A stretch of DNA of 64,000 bases from an uncultured virus (IMG/VR IMGVR_UViG_3300028586_000021) (lineage: Duplodnaviria; Heunggongvirae; Uroviricota; Caudoviricetes), in the IMG/VR virus record IMGVR_UViG_3300028586_000021, positions 1 to 64,000 of that record. One strand, 5' to 3'. The notes beneath the pieces were generated by a model, which did not search any database, was not told the DNA's origin, and was given only the letters and a program-made list of their open reading frames with translations. A program made the position numbers and the translations under genes. Positions 37,819 through 46,642 of this stretch are shown one piece after another. Positions within the stretch are counted from its first letter, which is position 1, and the number at the start of each line of letters is the position of its first letter.

Positions 37819-38103
37819 ATGTTACGACCGACCACTGCGAAACGTACTGCCATTGCATTATCAAATGACCATACACCAAACTTGCTCTTGTTTATCGAAG
37901 GACGCTTTGATCATGAACCGCTGAAGCTAGAAATCAGTTCGTTGTTGGATCGTGCCTCAAATCGTGCCAACCGAGTTTCTGCGAAGACTCGTTCCGATCT
38001 TGTCGCCCTCCAGTATTACATCGAACGCGGACATGACTTGAAATATGTTCGGTGGGAGAAGAAGACCTACGCACCATGGGCGACAAGCATTCCCAAAGGA
38101 TAA
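37819..38103 (+). CDS. Hypothetical protein
   Basis: 94-aa ORF filling the gap. Confidence 0.5.
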   Translation: MLRPTTAKRTAIALSNDHTPNLLLFIEGRFDHEPLKLEISSLLDRASNRANRVSAKTRSDLVALQYYIERGHDLKYVRWEKKTYAPWATSIPKG

Positions 38104-38106
38104 CAG

Positions 38107-38135
38107 TTTACACGAAGAAACCATAGCAGTATAAT
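38107..38135 (+). promoter_or_regulatory. Sigma70-like promoter TTTACA-N17-TATAAT
   Basis: GTTTACA -35 resembles T4 early promoters. Confidence 0.65.
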
Positions 38136-38162
38136 CTTTGTATCAACTAATTCTGGTACACT

Positions 38163-38360
38163 ATGACCACTGACTTCTACATACAAGTTATTCTCCTTAT
38201 CTGCATCCTTATAGCTTGCGGCCTGGCAATGTGGGTATGTCGTATCCTCCGAATGGAAAATTACTTTTCCAAAAAAGAGTTGCACGCATTCCTCGGTTTC
38301 AACTTGATGTATTTGTTGGGTACCGCGTGCATTCTCATTTACTTCTCATTTAAGACTTGA
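38163..38360 (+). CDS. Small two-TM membrane protein
   Basis: Two hydrophobic helices. Confidence 0.6.
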   Translation: MTTDFYIQVILLICILIACGLAMWVCRILRMENYFSKKELHAFLGFNLMYLLGTACILIYFSFKT

Positions 38361-39007
38361 TGGAAAATCCTACCTACATTCACCTCGAGAGAATTGATCT
38401 CGGGACAGGCTTAGCTGCCATCCTCGCCAACATCAATGAACAGGTCAAAAAGAATCGTGTCCAGGTCGGTGAGTATATGGTGCACGTGACGAGCCTTCGT
38501 CTTCGTGCGTTCCTCCTGAAAGGAGTGAAGTGCTACATGTGTGGGACCGAAGCAACTCATTTCTCCATCGATAAGTTCCGCCTGAAATCGCAGGATGAAG
38601 CACCACATATGAATATGTGGGGTGTGACTCCTGAAGGTGAAGAACTTCTGTTCACCCACGATCACATACTGGCACGGTCGCTTGGTGGTAAGGATGGGAT
38701 CGAGAATGCAATCACGTGCTGTACAAAGTGCAATGGTGACAAAGCTTTCGTCGAGAACGCGATTCGTGCAGGTCGATGCAAACCTCCGGCATATATTACG
38801 GTCGAAGGTGGTGAGCTGTTCCAAGGACATCAAGGTCACTGGGCTGATTGCTTCTTCAGCAATGCGACTCGAGATGAGATTGAGAATTACCTTAAGTCGG
38901 ATAATCAAGATTATGAAATTCGTGATATGACTTCGGAAGAAATTCTCCGGATGCCAGAAGCAATCCGATTCCATAAGTGGTTGCTCGAGACATACAAAAC
39001 CGCTTAA
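38357..39007 (+). CDS. HNH endonuclease-domain protein
   Basis: CYMCG...THDHILARSLGGKDGIENAITCCTKCN. Confidence 0.85.
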   Translation: MMENPTYIHLERIDLGTGLAAILANINEQVKKNRVQVGEYMVHVTSLRLRAFLLKGVKCYMCGTEATHFSIDKFRLKSQDEAPHMNMWGVTPEGEELLFTHDHILARSLGGKDGIENAITCCTKCNGDKAFVENAIRAGRCKPPAYITVEGGELFQGHQGHWADCFFSNATRDEIENYLKSDNQDYEIRDMTSEEILRMPEAIRFHKWLLETYKTA

Positions 39008-39026
39008 CAATTCATTGTAAAGTTTC

Positions 39027-39048
39027 AAGGACGCTTCGGCGTCCTTTT
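39027..39048 (+). terminator. Intrinsic terminator
   Basis: AAGGACGC-TTCG-GCGTCCTTTT. Confidence 0.75.
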
Positions 39049-39085
39049 GTGTTATTATCTTCCGCATAACAATAAGAAAGAAATC

Positions 39086-39376
39086 ATGAATGAATTCAAT
39101 CAAGTAGCAATGTGGCTACAATGGAATGAGGATGGCTCATTCGAACCCAAATGCAAAATCTTCCCTTCTGGTGAATTGGGCACCGCTCTTAAGTTCACCG
39201 AGTCTTTACGTCGATCCAAGCATACGCTAGAAGCCGTCAGGGATGAAGATACCGGTGAGCTGTATGGAACCAATGTCACACATATTGCGATTACTGGGGA
39301 CGTTCCAGGCAATGTTACTAAACCAGGTGTTGATGTAACCGATTCTTCCTACAACTGGAAGAAACGCCGGAAGTAA
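39086..39376 (+). CDS. Hypothetical protein
   Basis: ATG 39086; C-terminal YNWKKRRK. Confidence 0.65.
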   Translation: MNEFNQVAMWLQWNEDGSFEPKCKIFPSGELGTALKFTESLRRSKHTLEAVRDEDTGELYGTNVTHIAITGDVPGNVTKPGVDVTDSSYNWKKRRK

Positions 39377-39470
39377 TCAATTCAAGATGTTCAAATGGAT
39401 TTCCTCTAGGTAAGATACACAACATCAACACATAAGGTGTTGTGTCCCAATAAATCTAATAAGGAACCAA

Positions 39471-41558
39471 ATGGATTTCGCGATTTTCAAAGACGCCGTG
39501 GCGCGTCAGTTCCAACGTATGCAGAAGCATGGCAAGCTGTTCCGCGTCGCAATCGAGAAGAAAGAAATGCTCGAGGCGTACCAAGCTGGCTATCCAGAAG
39601 GAACCAACCCGATCTTCCGCCAGCGTGCTGAACACGACTGCAGCTGCTGCAACAACTTCATCGGCGCCATCGGCAACGTCGTCGCAATCATCGACGGCAA
39701 AATCGAAACGATCTGGGACATCGACGTTTCCAAGAAAGAGCCAGCATACCAAGCCGTCGCCAATCACATGGCAAACACGATCCGCAAGACCAAGCGCGTT
39801 ACCGAAGATGGCGTCATCACCGACGAAATCATCGACCGTCCGCTGGCCGACGTGTTCCTGCACTTCGAAAATCGCGCAGGTAACGACTACACCTTCGAAG
39901 ACCTGGTCACCGGTGGCCGCAAGCAGTGGAACCACTTCTTCGCAAACATCGATCGTGCTTACGTCGTCGCTGGTAAAGACATCGCCTCGACCCTGGCGCC
40001 GAAGCGTGATGCCAAGAACACCCTGCTGCGTGCACTGAAAGAAATCGACCTCGAATCGGCTGATGTCGTTCTCGAGCTGATCGACCAGAACTCCGTGTAC
40101 CGCGGCCAAGAAAATCGCTGGGCCGTCGCCGAGTTCCGCAAGCTGAAGGTCGCCTTCGACAAGCTGAAGACCGACACCGATCGCGAAATCTTCGCATGGA
40201 CCAATTCGCTGACCGTCAGCGGCGCCGTCTCCGGTATCCGCAACAACGCGATCGGTCAACTGCTGCAATGGCTGACCGAAGGCATGGATGTTGACCAGGC
40301 CCTGGACAAGTTCGAACGCACCATCATGGCGCCGGGCAACTACAAGCGTCCATCGGCACCGGTCACCAAGAAGATGATCGAAGAAGCCAAAGCCAAGATC
40401 GAAAGCCTGGGCCTGACTTCGGCACTGCGCCGTCGCTTCGCTCAACTGACCGACATCAGCGTGAATGACATCCTGTTCGCCGATCGTAGCGCCAAGACTG
40501 TCATGACCGGCGACGTGTTCGACGACCTGGCAGCATCGACCAGCAGCAAGGTCAAGGTCTCCGACAAGATCGAAGAAATCGGCATCGAGAAGTTCATCAC
40601 CGATGTCCTGCCGCGAATCAGCTCAATGGAAGTCCTGCTGGAAAATCGCCACGCCTCGAACCTCGTCAGCCTGATCGCGCCGGAAGACCCGACCGCCGGC
40701 CAGCTGTTCAAGTGGAACAACAACTTCAGCCTGTCCTACGTCGGCGGTATGGCCGACTCGATCAAGGAACGTGTCAAGGCTGCTGGTGGTTCCGTCGTTG
40801 GCGACCTGTGCTGCCGTCTCGCCTGGTTTAACCACGACGACCTGGACTTCCACATGATCGAGCCATCGGGCTACGAAATCTACTTCGGCAGCCGCGGTCA
40901 CACTTCGCCAAGCGGTGGTCGCCTCGACGTCGACATGAATGCTGGTGCCGGTACGACTCGCACTCCGGTCGAGAACATCTTCTACTCGAGCCGTCGCTCG
41001 ATGAAGGAAGGCGTGTACCACCTGTTCGTCGAGAACTTCAGCAAGCGTGAAACGCAAGACGTCGGCTTCGAAGTCGAGATGGATTACATGGGTAACGTCC
41101 ATCGCTTCGTGTTCGACAAGGCCGTCGCAAACAAGGCCCGCATCACGGTCGCTAAGTTCAAGTACTCGCATGCTAACGGTATCGAGATGATCGAGTCGCT
41201 GCCAAGCACCGAATCGTCGAAGCCGATGTGGAACCTGCCAACCCAAACCTTCCACCGCGTCAACGTCGCCATGCTTTCGCCGAACTTCTGGGAAGGTCAA
41301 GGCGTCGGCAACAAGCACTACCTGTTCATGCTCGACGGCATGTCCAGTGACGACGGCAGCACCCGTGGCTTCCTGAACGAGTTCCTGAAAGACGAACTCA
41401 ACCCGCATCGCAAAGTCTTCGAAATGGTCGGCTCGAAGATCAAGGTCTCCGGCGAAGACAACCAACTGAGCGGCCTCGGCTTCTCGTCGACCCAACGTAA
41501 CTCGGTGGTGGTCCGTGTCAAAGGCACCCTCACCCGCACCCTGAAAATCACCTTCTAA
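39471..41558 (+). CDS. Large hypothetical protein with N-terminal HDCSCC motif and a YfaP/DUF2135-like C-terminal domain
   Basis: HDCSCC; LAW...DLDFH..EP.G..IYF...G.LDVD.N...PVENI; strongly host-like codon usage. Confidence 0.75.
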   Translation: MDFAIFKDAVARQFQRMQKHGKLFRVAIEKKEMLEAYQAGYPEGTNPIFRQRAEHDCSCCNNFIGAIGNVVAIIDGKIETIWDIDVSKKEPAYQAVANHMANTIRKTKRVTEDGVITDEIIDRPLADVFLHFENRAGNDYTFEDLVTGGRKQWNHFFANIDRAYVVAGKDIASTLAPKRDAKNTLLRALKEIDLESADVVLELIDQNSVYRGQENRWAVAEFRKLKVAFDKLKTDTDREIFAWTNSLTVSGAVSGIRNNAIGQLLQWLTEGMDVDQALDKFERTIMAPGNYKRPSAPVTKKMIEEAKAKIESLGLTSALRRRFAQLTDISVNDILFADRSAKTVMTGDVFDDLAASTSSKVKVSDKIEEIGIEKFITDVLPRISSMEVLLENRHASNLVSLIAPEDPTAGQLFKWNNNFSLSYVGGMADSIKERVKAAGGSVVGDLCCRLAWFNHDDLDFHMIEPSGYEIYFGSRGHTSPSGGRLDVDMNAGAGTTRTPVENIFYSSRRSMKEGVYHLFVENFSKRETQDVGFEVEMDYMGNVHRFVFDKAVANKARITVAKFKYSHANGIEMIESLPSTESSKPMWNLPTQTFHRVNVAMLSPNFWEGQGVGNKHYLFMLDGMSSDDGSTRGFLNEFLKDELNPHRKVFEMVGSKIKVSGEDNQLSGLGFSSTQRNSVVVRVKGTLTRTLKITF

Positions 41559-41575
41559 AACGAAAAGGAAACACC

Positions 41576-42031
41576 ATGAACACTCAAGCTACCGCTACCG
41601 CCGCAACCAACGAAACCGCTGTCGCAGCGACCGCCATCAACATGTTCGAAGTGGCTTCCCGCAAGAAGCTGCGCTTCGACAACCCGAACGGTGGCCAGCT
41701 GTCGGTCGAAGACCTGTGGGACCTGCCGCTGCAAAGCGAAAACAAGGCAAGCCTGGACAAGATCGCCGTCACCCTGTTCCGCAAGCTGCGTGACAATGAA
41801 GAAATGTCGTTCGTCAGCGAGACCACCTCGACCGACACCACTACCCAGCTGAAGTTCGACATCGTCCGCCACGTGATCGATACCCGCAAAGCCGAGAACG
41901 CGACCAAGCTGGAAGCATCCGCCAAGGCGACTCGCAAGAAGGAACTGGAACAGGCGCTGGCTGCAGCACGTGCCGGTGACCTGGCTTCGAAGACCCCGGC
42001 CGAAATCGAGGCAATGATCGCTGCCCTGTAA
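41576..42031 (+). CDS. Hypothetical protein, partner of the 695-aa gene
   Basis: MFE.ASR.KLRF...LSVEDLWDLPL; AAGGA RBS. Confidence 0.8.
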   Translation: MNTQATATAATNETAVAATAINMFEVASRKKLRFDNPNGGQLSVEDLWDLPLQSENKASLDKIAVTLFRKLRDNEEMSFVSETTSTDTTTQLKFDIVRHVIDTRKAENATKLEASAKATRKKELEQALAAARAGDLASKTPAEIEAMIAAL

Positions 42032-42052
42032 TCCAAGGCAGGTGTAGAATAG

Positions 42053-42076
42053 AAAGGAGGCTTCGGCCTCCTTTTT
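42053..42076 (+). terminator. Intrinsic terminator
   Basis: AAAGGAGGC-TTCG-GCCTCCTTT. Confidence 0.8.
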
Positions 42077-42093
42077 GTTATAGGAGAATTGAA

Positions 42094-42303
42094 ATGAAAG
42101 TACGTGACATCAAGAAGAAGTACTACGCATTCCTGCAAAGTCTGGGGCGTCAATGCGACATATGCTTTGGGAAGCGCAGGTGCGTCCGAGGGAACGGCAA
42201 TTTGATTCGGAAGGTGATAGTCTGTGACTATTGCTCGTGTGACCCTGAGGTGCATCTGAAGGTTGATGTGATCCGTCAAAAGCGGGATCATCAAAAAACT
42301 TAA
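42094..42303 (+). CDS. Small Cys-rich basic protein
   Basis: AGGAG RBS; CDIC...CDYC. Confidence 0.65.
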   Translation: MKVRDIKKKYYAFLQSLGRQCDICFGKRRCVRGNGNLIRKVIVCDYCSCDPEVHLKVDVIRQKRDHQKT

Positions 42304-42311
42304 AAAAGAAT

Positions 42312-42340
42312 TGTACATTCTTCAAGTTACTTGATATTAT
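42312..42340 (+). promoter_or_regulatory. Early promoter TGTACA-N17-TATTAT
   Basis: Repeated motif. Confidence 0.7.
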
Positions 42341-42376
42341 AGCTACATCGACAAATGCTTTAAAGAGGAAACAAAC

Positions 42377-42628
42377 ATGACCACGACCATGCTGAAAGAC
42401 ATCACCAAAGCGATCAAAGCCGAAAAAGATGCAGGTGCCTTCAAGCTGCGCCTGATCATGCTGATGACCATCCAGAAGAATGGCCGTGAGATTCCTCAAG
42501 TCACCAATGTCGCCGAATTCGAAACCAGCCACATCCTCCTGAAATCCGGCAAAGTTGCTGGATGGCTGAAAAACACGATTGAAGGCGATTCGAACGCGAC
42601 CTACTTCAAAGTGGAACGTCTCAAATAA
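42377..42628 (+). CDS. Early hypothetical protein
   Basis: GAGGA RBS after an early promoter. Confidence 0.7.
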   Translation: MTTTMLKDITKAIKAEKDAGAFKLRLIMLMTIQKNGREIPQVTNVAEFETSHILLKSGKVAGWLKNTIEGDSNATYFKVERLK

Positions 42629-42643
42629 TTATCGGAGCTGAAT

Positions 42644-42844
42644 ATGGTAACCTTCAAAGATCGCCAAGTAGAAAAGATTGGTCTCGTGGTCGATGTATTC
42701 CTGGCCGACGGGAATCGCAAGCCGAAGAAAACCGGCACGATCTATCGCGTACGTGATGGCTGGCAGTACCAGATTTCCAAAAAGCACCTCGGTGAAGTGT
42801 TGCCGACTCTCGATGCAGTCAAACAATCTTTGATCGGCGACTAA
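42644..42844 (+). CDS. Early hypothetical protein
   Basis: GGAG RBS. Confidence 0.65.
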   Translation: MVTFKDRQVEKIGLVVDVFLADGNRKPKKTGTIYRVRDGWQYQISKKHLGEVLPTLDAVKQSLIGD

Positions 42845-42851
42845 AAAATAT

Positions 42852-42880
42852 TGTACAGAACTTAAAGTTCTGGATATAAT
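42852..42880 (+). promoter_or_regulatory. Early promoter TGTACA-N17-TATAAT
   Basis: Repeated motif. Confidence 0.75.
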
Positions 42881-42911
42881 GTCTCTATCGAAACGAACTT
42901 GAAGGAACATC

Positions 42912-43316
42912 ATGAAAAACCAAAATCGTCTGGCTCGCCAAGTAATGGAAACCCTGGAAAAAGCATTCGGTGCCCCAAATGATGCGATGTTCCACAAGAC
43001 CAATGCTTTGGCTTCGAACTTCTTTAACACCAGCGAGCCTCGCGTCAAGGTCGCGGTGATCACTACTCTGACCAAGGAATGCGATGTCAAGGACATCACG
43101 GTCACAGTAGCAGTGGAAGAGGAAGATCGTCCAGGCGTCTACTTCGCAATCGGTGATCGTCTCCACTTCGATACCACCAAGCCGATGTTTGCCAAGTTCG
43201 AGTTCCACAAAGAACTGCGTAAGAAGATGTCGACCACCTCGGCAGCTACCGACTTCCCAGCTCCGCTGAAGTCCGATGTCTTGGCCTTCGCCAAAGAACT
43301 GACGGAGGTGCTGTAA
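42912..43316 (+). CDS. Early hypothetical protein
   Basis: AAGGA RBS after the promoter. Confidence 0.7.
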   Translation: MKNQNRLARQVMETLEKAFGAPNDAMFHKTNALASNFFNTSEPRVKVAVITTLTKECDVKDITVTVAVEEEDRPGVYFAIGDRLHFDTTKPMFAKFEFHKELRKKMSTTSAATDFPAPLKSDVLAFAKELTEVL

Positions 43317-43504
43317 TGAAGAAAGGCTACATGACGGCTGAAGTGAACTTCGGTCGCTACACCGTCGAACTGACTGGACCAAATGCAAAGGTTTGGGTTG
43401 GTCCAGGTGATGCCGAATACGATGGCGAAATCGACGGGATCGAACAAAAATACCCTGATCTGTGGAAACACCTGATCGACAACAAATTCATCAAGTCTGC
43501 TTAA
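43316..43504 (+). CDS. Small hypothetical protein
   Basis: TAATG overlap, GGAGG RBS. Confidence 0.65.
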   Translation: MKKGYMTAEVNFGRYTVELTGPNAKVWVGPGDAEYDGEIDGIEQKYPDLWKHLIDNKFIKSA

Positions 43505-43508
43505 TTGA

Positions 43509-43562
43509 TGTACACATCTTCAAGTTCTGTGTATAATGAATCTATCGACACAGAACTTGAAG
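43509..43562 (+). promoter_or_regulatory. Early promoter TGTACA-N17-TATAAT with a 15-bp inverted repeat around the -10/start site
   Basis: CTTCAAGTTCTGTGT (43518-43532) / ACACAGAACTTGAAG (43548-43562). Confidence 0.75.
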
Positions 43563-43571
43563 GAAAATAAT

Positions 43572-43802
43572 ATGGCACTGTCTGAAATCGAAAAGCAGAA
43601 GCTGATCAAGAAAATGGATCGCAAGCGCGACACGCTGAAGAACGCGACCAAACGCTATCGGACTATCTGCCAGTCAGTGTACCGGGTCGTTGATGCATAC
43701 GACGATGCCAAGGATCAAATGAAGGAAGCAGGCCTGTGGGGCGACTGGTGCAAGAAGAACGGTTATGCATTTGGTCACGATGCTTCGGACTTCTTCGCAT
43801 AA
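43572..43802 (+). CDS. Early hypothetical protein
   Basis: AAGGA RBS before ATG 43572. Confidence 0.7.
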   Translation: MALSEIEKQKLIKKMDRKRDTLKNATKRYRTICQSVYRVVDAYDDAKDQMKEAGLWGDWCKKNGYAFGHDASDFFA

Positions 43803-43817
43803 CTAAAAGGATACGAC

Positions 43818-44123
43818 ATGAAGTGGAATACCCTGAACATCAGTCTCGGCACCAACACCATCGAAGGCGATCGCAATCTGCTGAATCTGCTGACCTTCGA
43901 GAACATCGAGGAGGTGGACCTCGAAGAGTTGCTGGATGATTCCGAAGGCAACGCCGAAGGAACGATCAGTATCTTCCTGAAGACCAATGGCGGCTTCGAC
44001 AACATCAACATCAATGGTGAGCACTTCTCGCCACTGCTGATCGCGTACAACACCTGGAACGCTGATGAGCAGAAGGTGCTGATTAGCGAACTGAAAGAAA
44101 AGCTGGAACGTGAAATGAAATAG
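43818..44123 (+). CDS. Acidic hypothetical protein
   Basis: AAGGA RBS; 101 aa. Confidence 0.7.
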   Translation: MKWNTLNISLGTNTIEGDRNLLNLLTFENIEEVDLEELLDDSEGNAEGTISIFLKTNGGFDNININGEHFSPLLIAYNTWNADEQKVLISELKEKLEREMK

Positions 44124-44124
44124 C

Positions 44125-44149
44125 AAAAGGCTCCTTCGGGAGTCTTTTT
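44125..44149 (+). terminator. Intrinsic terminator
   Basis: GGCTCC-TTCG-GGAGTC plus T tract. Confidence 0.75.
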
Positions 44150-44153
44150 GCTG

Positions 44154-44189
44154 TATGGGATACTATTTGATAAATACTAGCATCCCATA
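44154..44189 (+). promoter_or_regulatory. Late promoter GATAAATA (44169-44176) inside an inverted repeat
   Basis: TATGGGAT-a-CTA ... TAG-c-ATCCCATA. Confidence 0.6.
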
Positions 44190-44203
44190 TTATAGGAAAA
44201 AAT

Positions 44204-45064
44204 ATGAACCTAATTCAAGAACTTCTGTCGTTGAACGAATCCCGTTATGACGATGAAGATGATGCACCAAAAGTCTTTGCTCCGATAGTGGAGAAGGACG
44301 CGTTCATCCTTTGCAGTGATGATGCCGATGATGCACGTCGCATTAAGCGCATCAACATCGAAAAGCTCACCGAGAAAGATGTCGGCAAGGATGTCTACAC
44401 GCTGTACAGTATGTCCATCGGCAACTACGCCTTGGTGAAGGGCAAGATTACTAAAATCAATGTCCGTAAAGGCGATCCAAAGGATGCGATGGTGCAGTAT
44501 CGCTACGACAAGATCACTGGCTCGGTTAAGCTGTATAACACCGACAAAAAGTTCGGCAGTGGTGAATATTACATCGACTCCAGCAGTGGCTTGAGCAGCG
44601 GCTACCACGAAGTTGATGACGTCGAAGCGTTCATCGAAAAGATGAACAAAAAGCATAAGGACGATTTCGACTTCAAGAACATCGATCCGAAAATCGCTAA
44701 GGAAGCTGTTGCCAAACTGAATTTGGACAAAGTGTCGCGCGAGTTTGATCTGGATGGGAAGACTTGGGAAGTTTCGGCTTCGGTCAGCGCATCCAGCAAA
44801 TACGTTCACCTCGCGGTGCTTCACACTCCTAAAGGCGGTGGCAACATCAAGCATGGCAATCGTATGGAAATCTTCTACATGCCATCTGGTGAAGGTGTGT
44901 TCAAACGTCACTTCGGTTCCTTCGACGTGCCACGTTCACCGCAAGCATGGATGAATCTGAAGACTGAAGTCACTGAGAAAGAAATGGCTGACGAAATCAA
45001 GAAGGCGTTTAAGTTGGCTAAGACCAAAGACGCTGATGCATACCATCGCGAGTTCAGTAAGTAA
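44204..45064 (+). CDS. Hypothetical late protein (possible internal head protein)
   Basis: Late promoter; MNLIQELLSLNES N-terminus; charged. Confidence 0.75.
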   Translation: MNLIQELLSLNESRYDDEDDAPKVFAPIVEKDAFILCSDDADDARRIKRINIEKLTEKDVGKDVYTLYSMSIGNYALVKGKITKINVRKGDPKDAMVQYRYDKITGSVKLYNTDKKFGSGEYYIDSSSGLSSGYHEVDDVEAFIEKMNKKHKDDFDFKNIDPKIAKEAVAKLNLDKVSREFDLDGKTWEVSASVSASSKYVHLAVLHTPKGGGNIKHGNRMEIFYMPSGEGVFKRHFGSFDVPRSPQAWMNLKTEVTEKEMADEIKKAFKLAKTKDADAYHREFSK

Positions 45065-45080
45065 TACGTTGTCAAGATGC

Positions 45081-45106
45081 AAAAGGCTCCTTCGGGAGCC
45101 TTTTTT
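45081..45106 (+). terminator. Intrinsic terminator
   Basis: AAAAGGCTCC-TTCG-GGAGCCTTTT. Confidence 0.8.
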
Positions 45107-45143
45107 GTTTAGAATGTTCACACCACAATAATAGGAACATTCC

Positions 45144-45323
45144 ATGCAGAACAAACCAATTCGAGGCTTTGACCTCCTCATCGGCGAGACGATCAAGAAG
45201 ATCGATGCCACTTCAATCAATGTCGTTACGATTGAGACAGAAAGCGGTAAGAGCATTGAAATCGATTGCGATGAACAACACTACCAAATCGGGATTCTAA
45301 GGTGCCAGGCGGCGTCTGAGTGA
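45144..45323 (+). CDS. Small hypothetical protein (59 aa, not in the ORF track)
   Basis: AGGA RBS; MQNKPIRGFDLLIGETIKKID...; fills the gap between two terminators. Confidence 0.55.
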   Translation: MQNKPIRGFDLLIGETIKKIDATSINVVTIETESGKSIEIDCDEQHYQIGILRCQAASE

Positions 45324-45353
45324 ACCAGGCAATAATACGAAAGCAGTAGATGC

Positions 45354-45382
45354 AAAAAAGGCTCCCAACGGGAGCCTTTTTT
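45354..45382. terminator. Bidirectional terminator after the major capsid gene
   Basis: AAAAAAGGCTCC-CAAC-GGGAGCCTTTTTT-type stem. Confidence 0.8.
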
Positions 45383-45407
45383 ATTTGTTACCTAACTACC
45401 TTATCGA

Positions 45408-46613
45408 TTAGATGAAGGATAGGTTAGCCACGTTGATACGACCGTAGTAGTCAGCTGAGTTACCTAGGCTGGTTGCGGTGTCGACGAAGGTCGCTTTACC
45501 GTAACGAGTCATTAGGCTGACTTGTGGGTTGTAAGTGGTTGGGTCGATAACGACATTGCTTGACATCAATGGGATGTATGGGCAGTAGAAGTAACCAGTA
45601 TCCATCTCACCATTGCCACCTTTGTAACCCATCACGATTGGTTCAGTGCCCTGATCGTGGTAGATGTAGGTGTAAACTTTGATCGAACCGTTTAGGGTAC
45701 CGATTAGCTTGGTGTTGTTTGGACCTTCGAACGAACCTTGCACAGCTGGAGCGAACACTGCCTTGCTTGCTGATTGTAGGACTGAAGCAACTAGTGGGGA
45801 CACCACGATGAAGTTTGCAGCACCACGACGGGTCTTACGAGCGATTTCCATTGCCACTTTGTTGATTAGCACGCCTAGAACTGCGAAGCGGTCACCAACG
45901 TAGTGTGGAGTACCAGTGAAGCTGGTTGAAGCCATGTCGAAAGTCTCGACGGTACCAGCTAGTAGACGTAGGTCATTTAGGATTTCGTTGTCGATTTCCG
46001 ACACGATTTCTGCTGATAGAGCTGAGGTGATTTCTGCTTCTAGATCAAGACCGTGCTGTGAGCTTAGGTCTTGCATTGCTTCGACTGACCACTTAGCTTG
46101 TAGCTTACGTGAGCCAGCGGTCACAGTTTGCTTCAAGACTTCTAGTTGTAGCTGACGGCCACCGAAAGCTTCGAATTCTGAGGTTGAACCTGCTAGACCG
46201 GTTGCGGTCTCAACACCACCGACGTCAGCGGTACCACCGGAGTAGAAACGCTTGGTCTTGCTGTTGTTTGCGAATAGTTCAGTACCAGCAGCGATATCGG
46301 TGTGGGTGTCGCCGGTTGCTAGACCTTGCGAGAATAGGAAGCGTAGGGAGTACGCTAGACCCACTGGACCGGACATTGGCTGAACGCCGACTAGTTCGGA
46401 AGCGATGGTACCTGGGATGATACGACGGATCATCGGAATGACGATCTTCTGGAAGTTGCTGATCGCACCAGCGGCGGTAACGCCAGCAGCTGCGGATTCA
46501 ATTAGGTGCTGCTTTTGGTTCTCTAGCAGAGGAGCAACGATTGCTTTCTTCTGCTCTGACAAGCCACCAAGAAGTGCTTGTTTAGTTTCTGACCAATTTT
46601 CGAAAAGTTCCAT
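45408..46613 (-). CDS. gp23: Major capsid protein
   Basis: GVQPMSGPVG, SRKLQAKWSVE..QDL..QHG.D.E, FYCPYIPL, MTRYG. Confidence 0.97.
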   Translation of the reverse strand: MELFENWSETKQALLGGLSEQKKAIVAPLLENQKQHLIESAAAGVTAAGAISNFQKIVIPMIRRIIPGTIASELVGVQPMSGPVGLAYSLRFLFSQGLATGDTHTDIAAGTELFANNSKTKRFYSGGTADVGGVETATGLAGSTSEFEAFGGRQLQLEVLKQTVTAGSRKLQAKWSVEAMQDLSSQHGLDLEAEITSALSAEIVSEIDNEILNDLRLLAGTVETFDMASTSFTGTPHYVGDRFAVLGVLINKVAMEIARKTRRGAANFIVVSPLVASVLQSASKAVFAPAVQGSFEGPNNTKLIGTLNGSIKVYTYIYHDQGTEPIVMGYKGGNGEMDTGYFYCPYIPLMSSNVVIDPTTYNPQVSLMTRYGKATFVDTATSLGNSADYYGRINVANLSFI

Positions 46614-46642
46614 TTAATTAACTCCTATTTTAACTTTATAAG

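Noticed and set aside
33825..43562. CRISPR-like reading of the repeated intergenic motifs
   Set aside because: The repeats are dispersed, degenerate and have promoter geometry; there are no regular spacers
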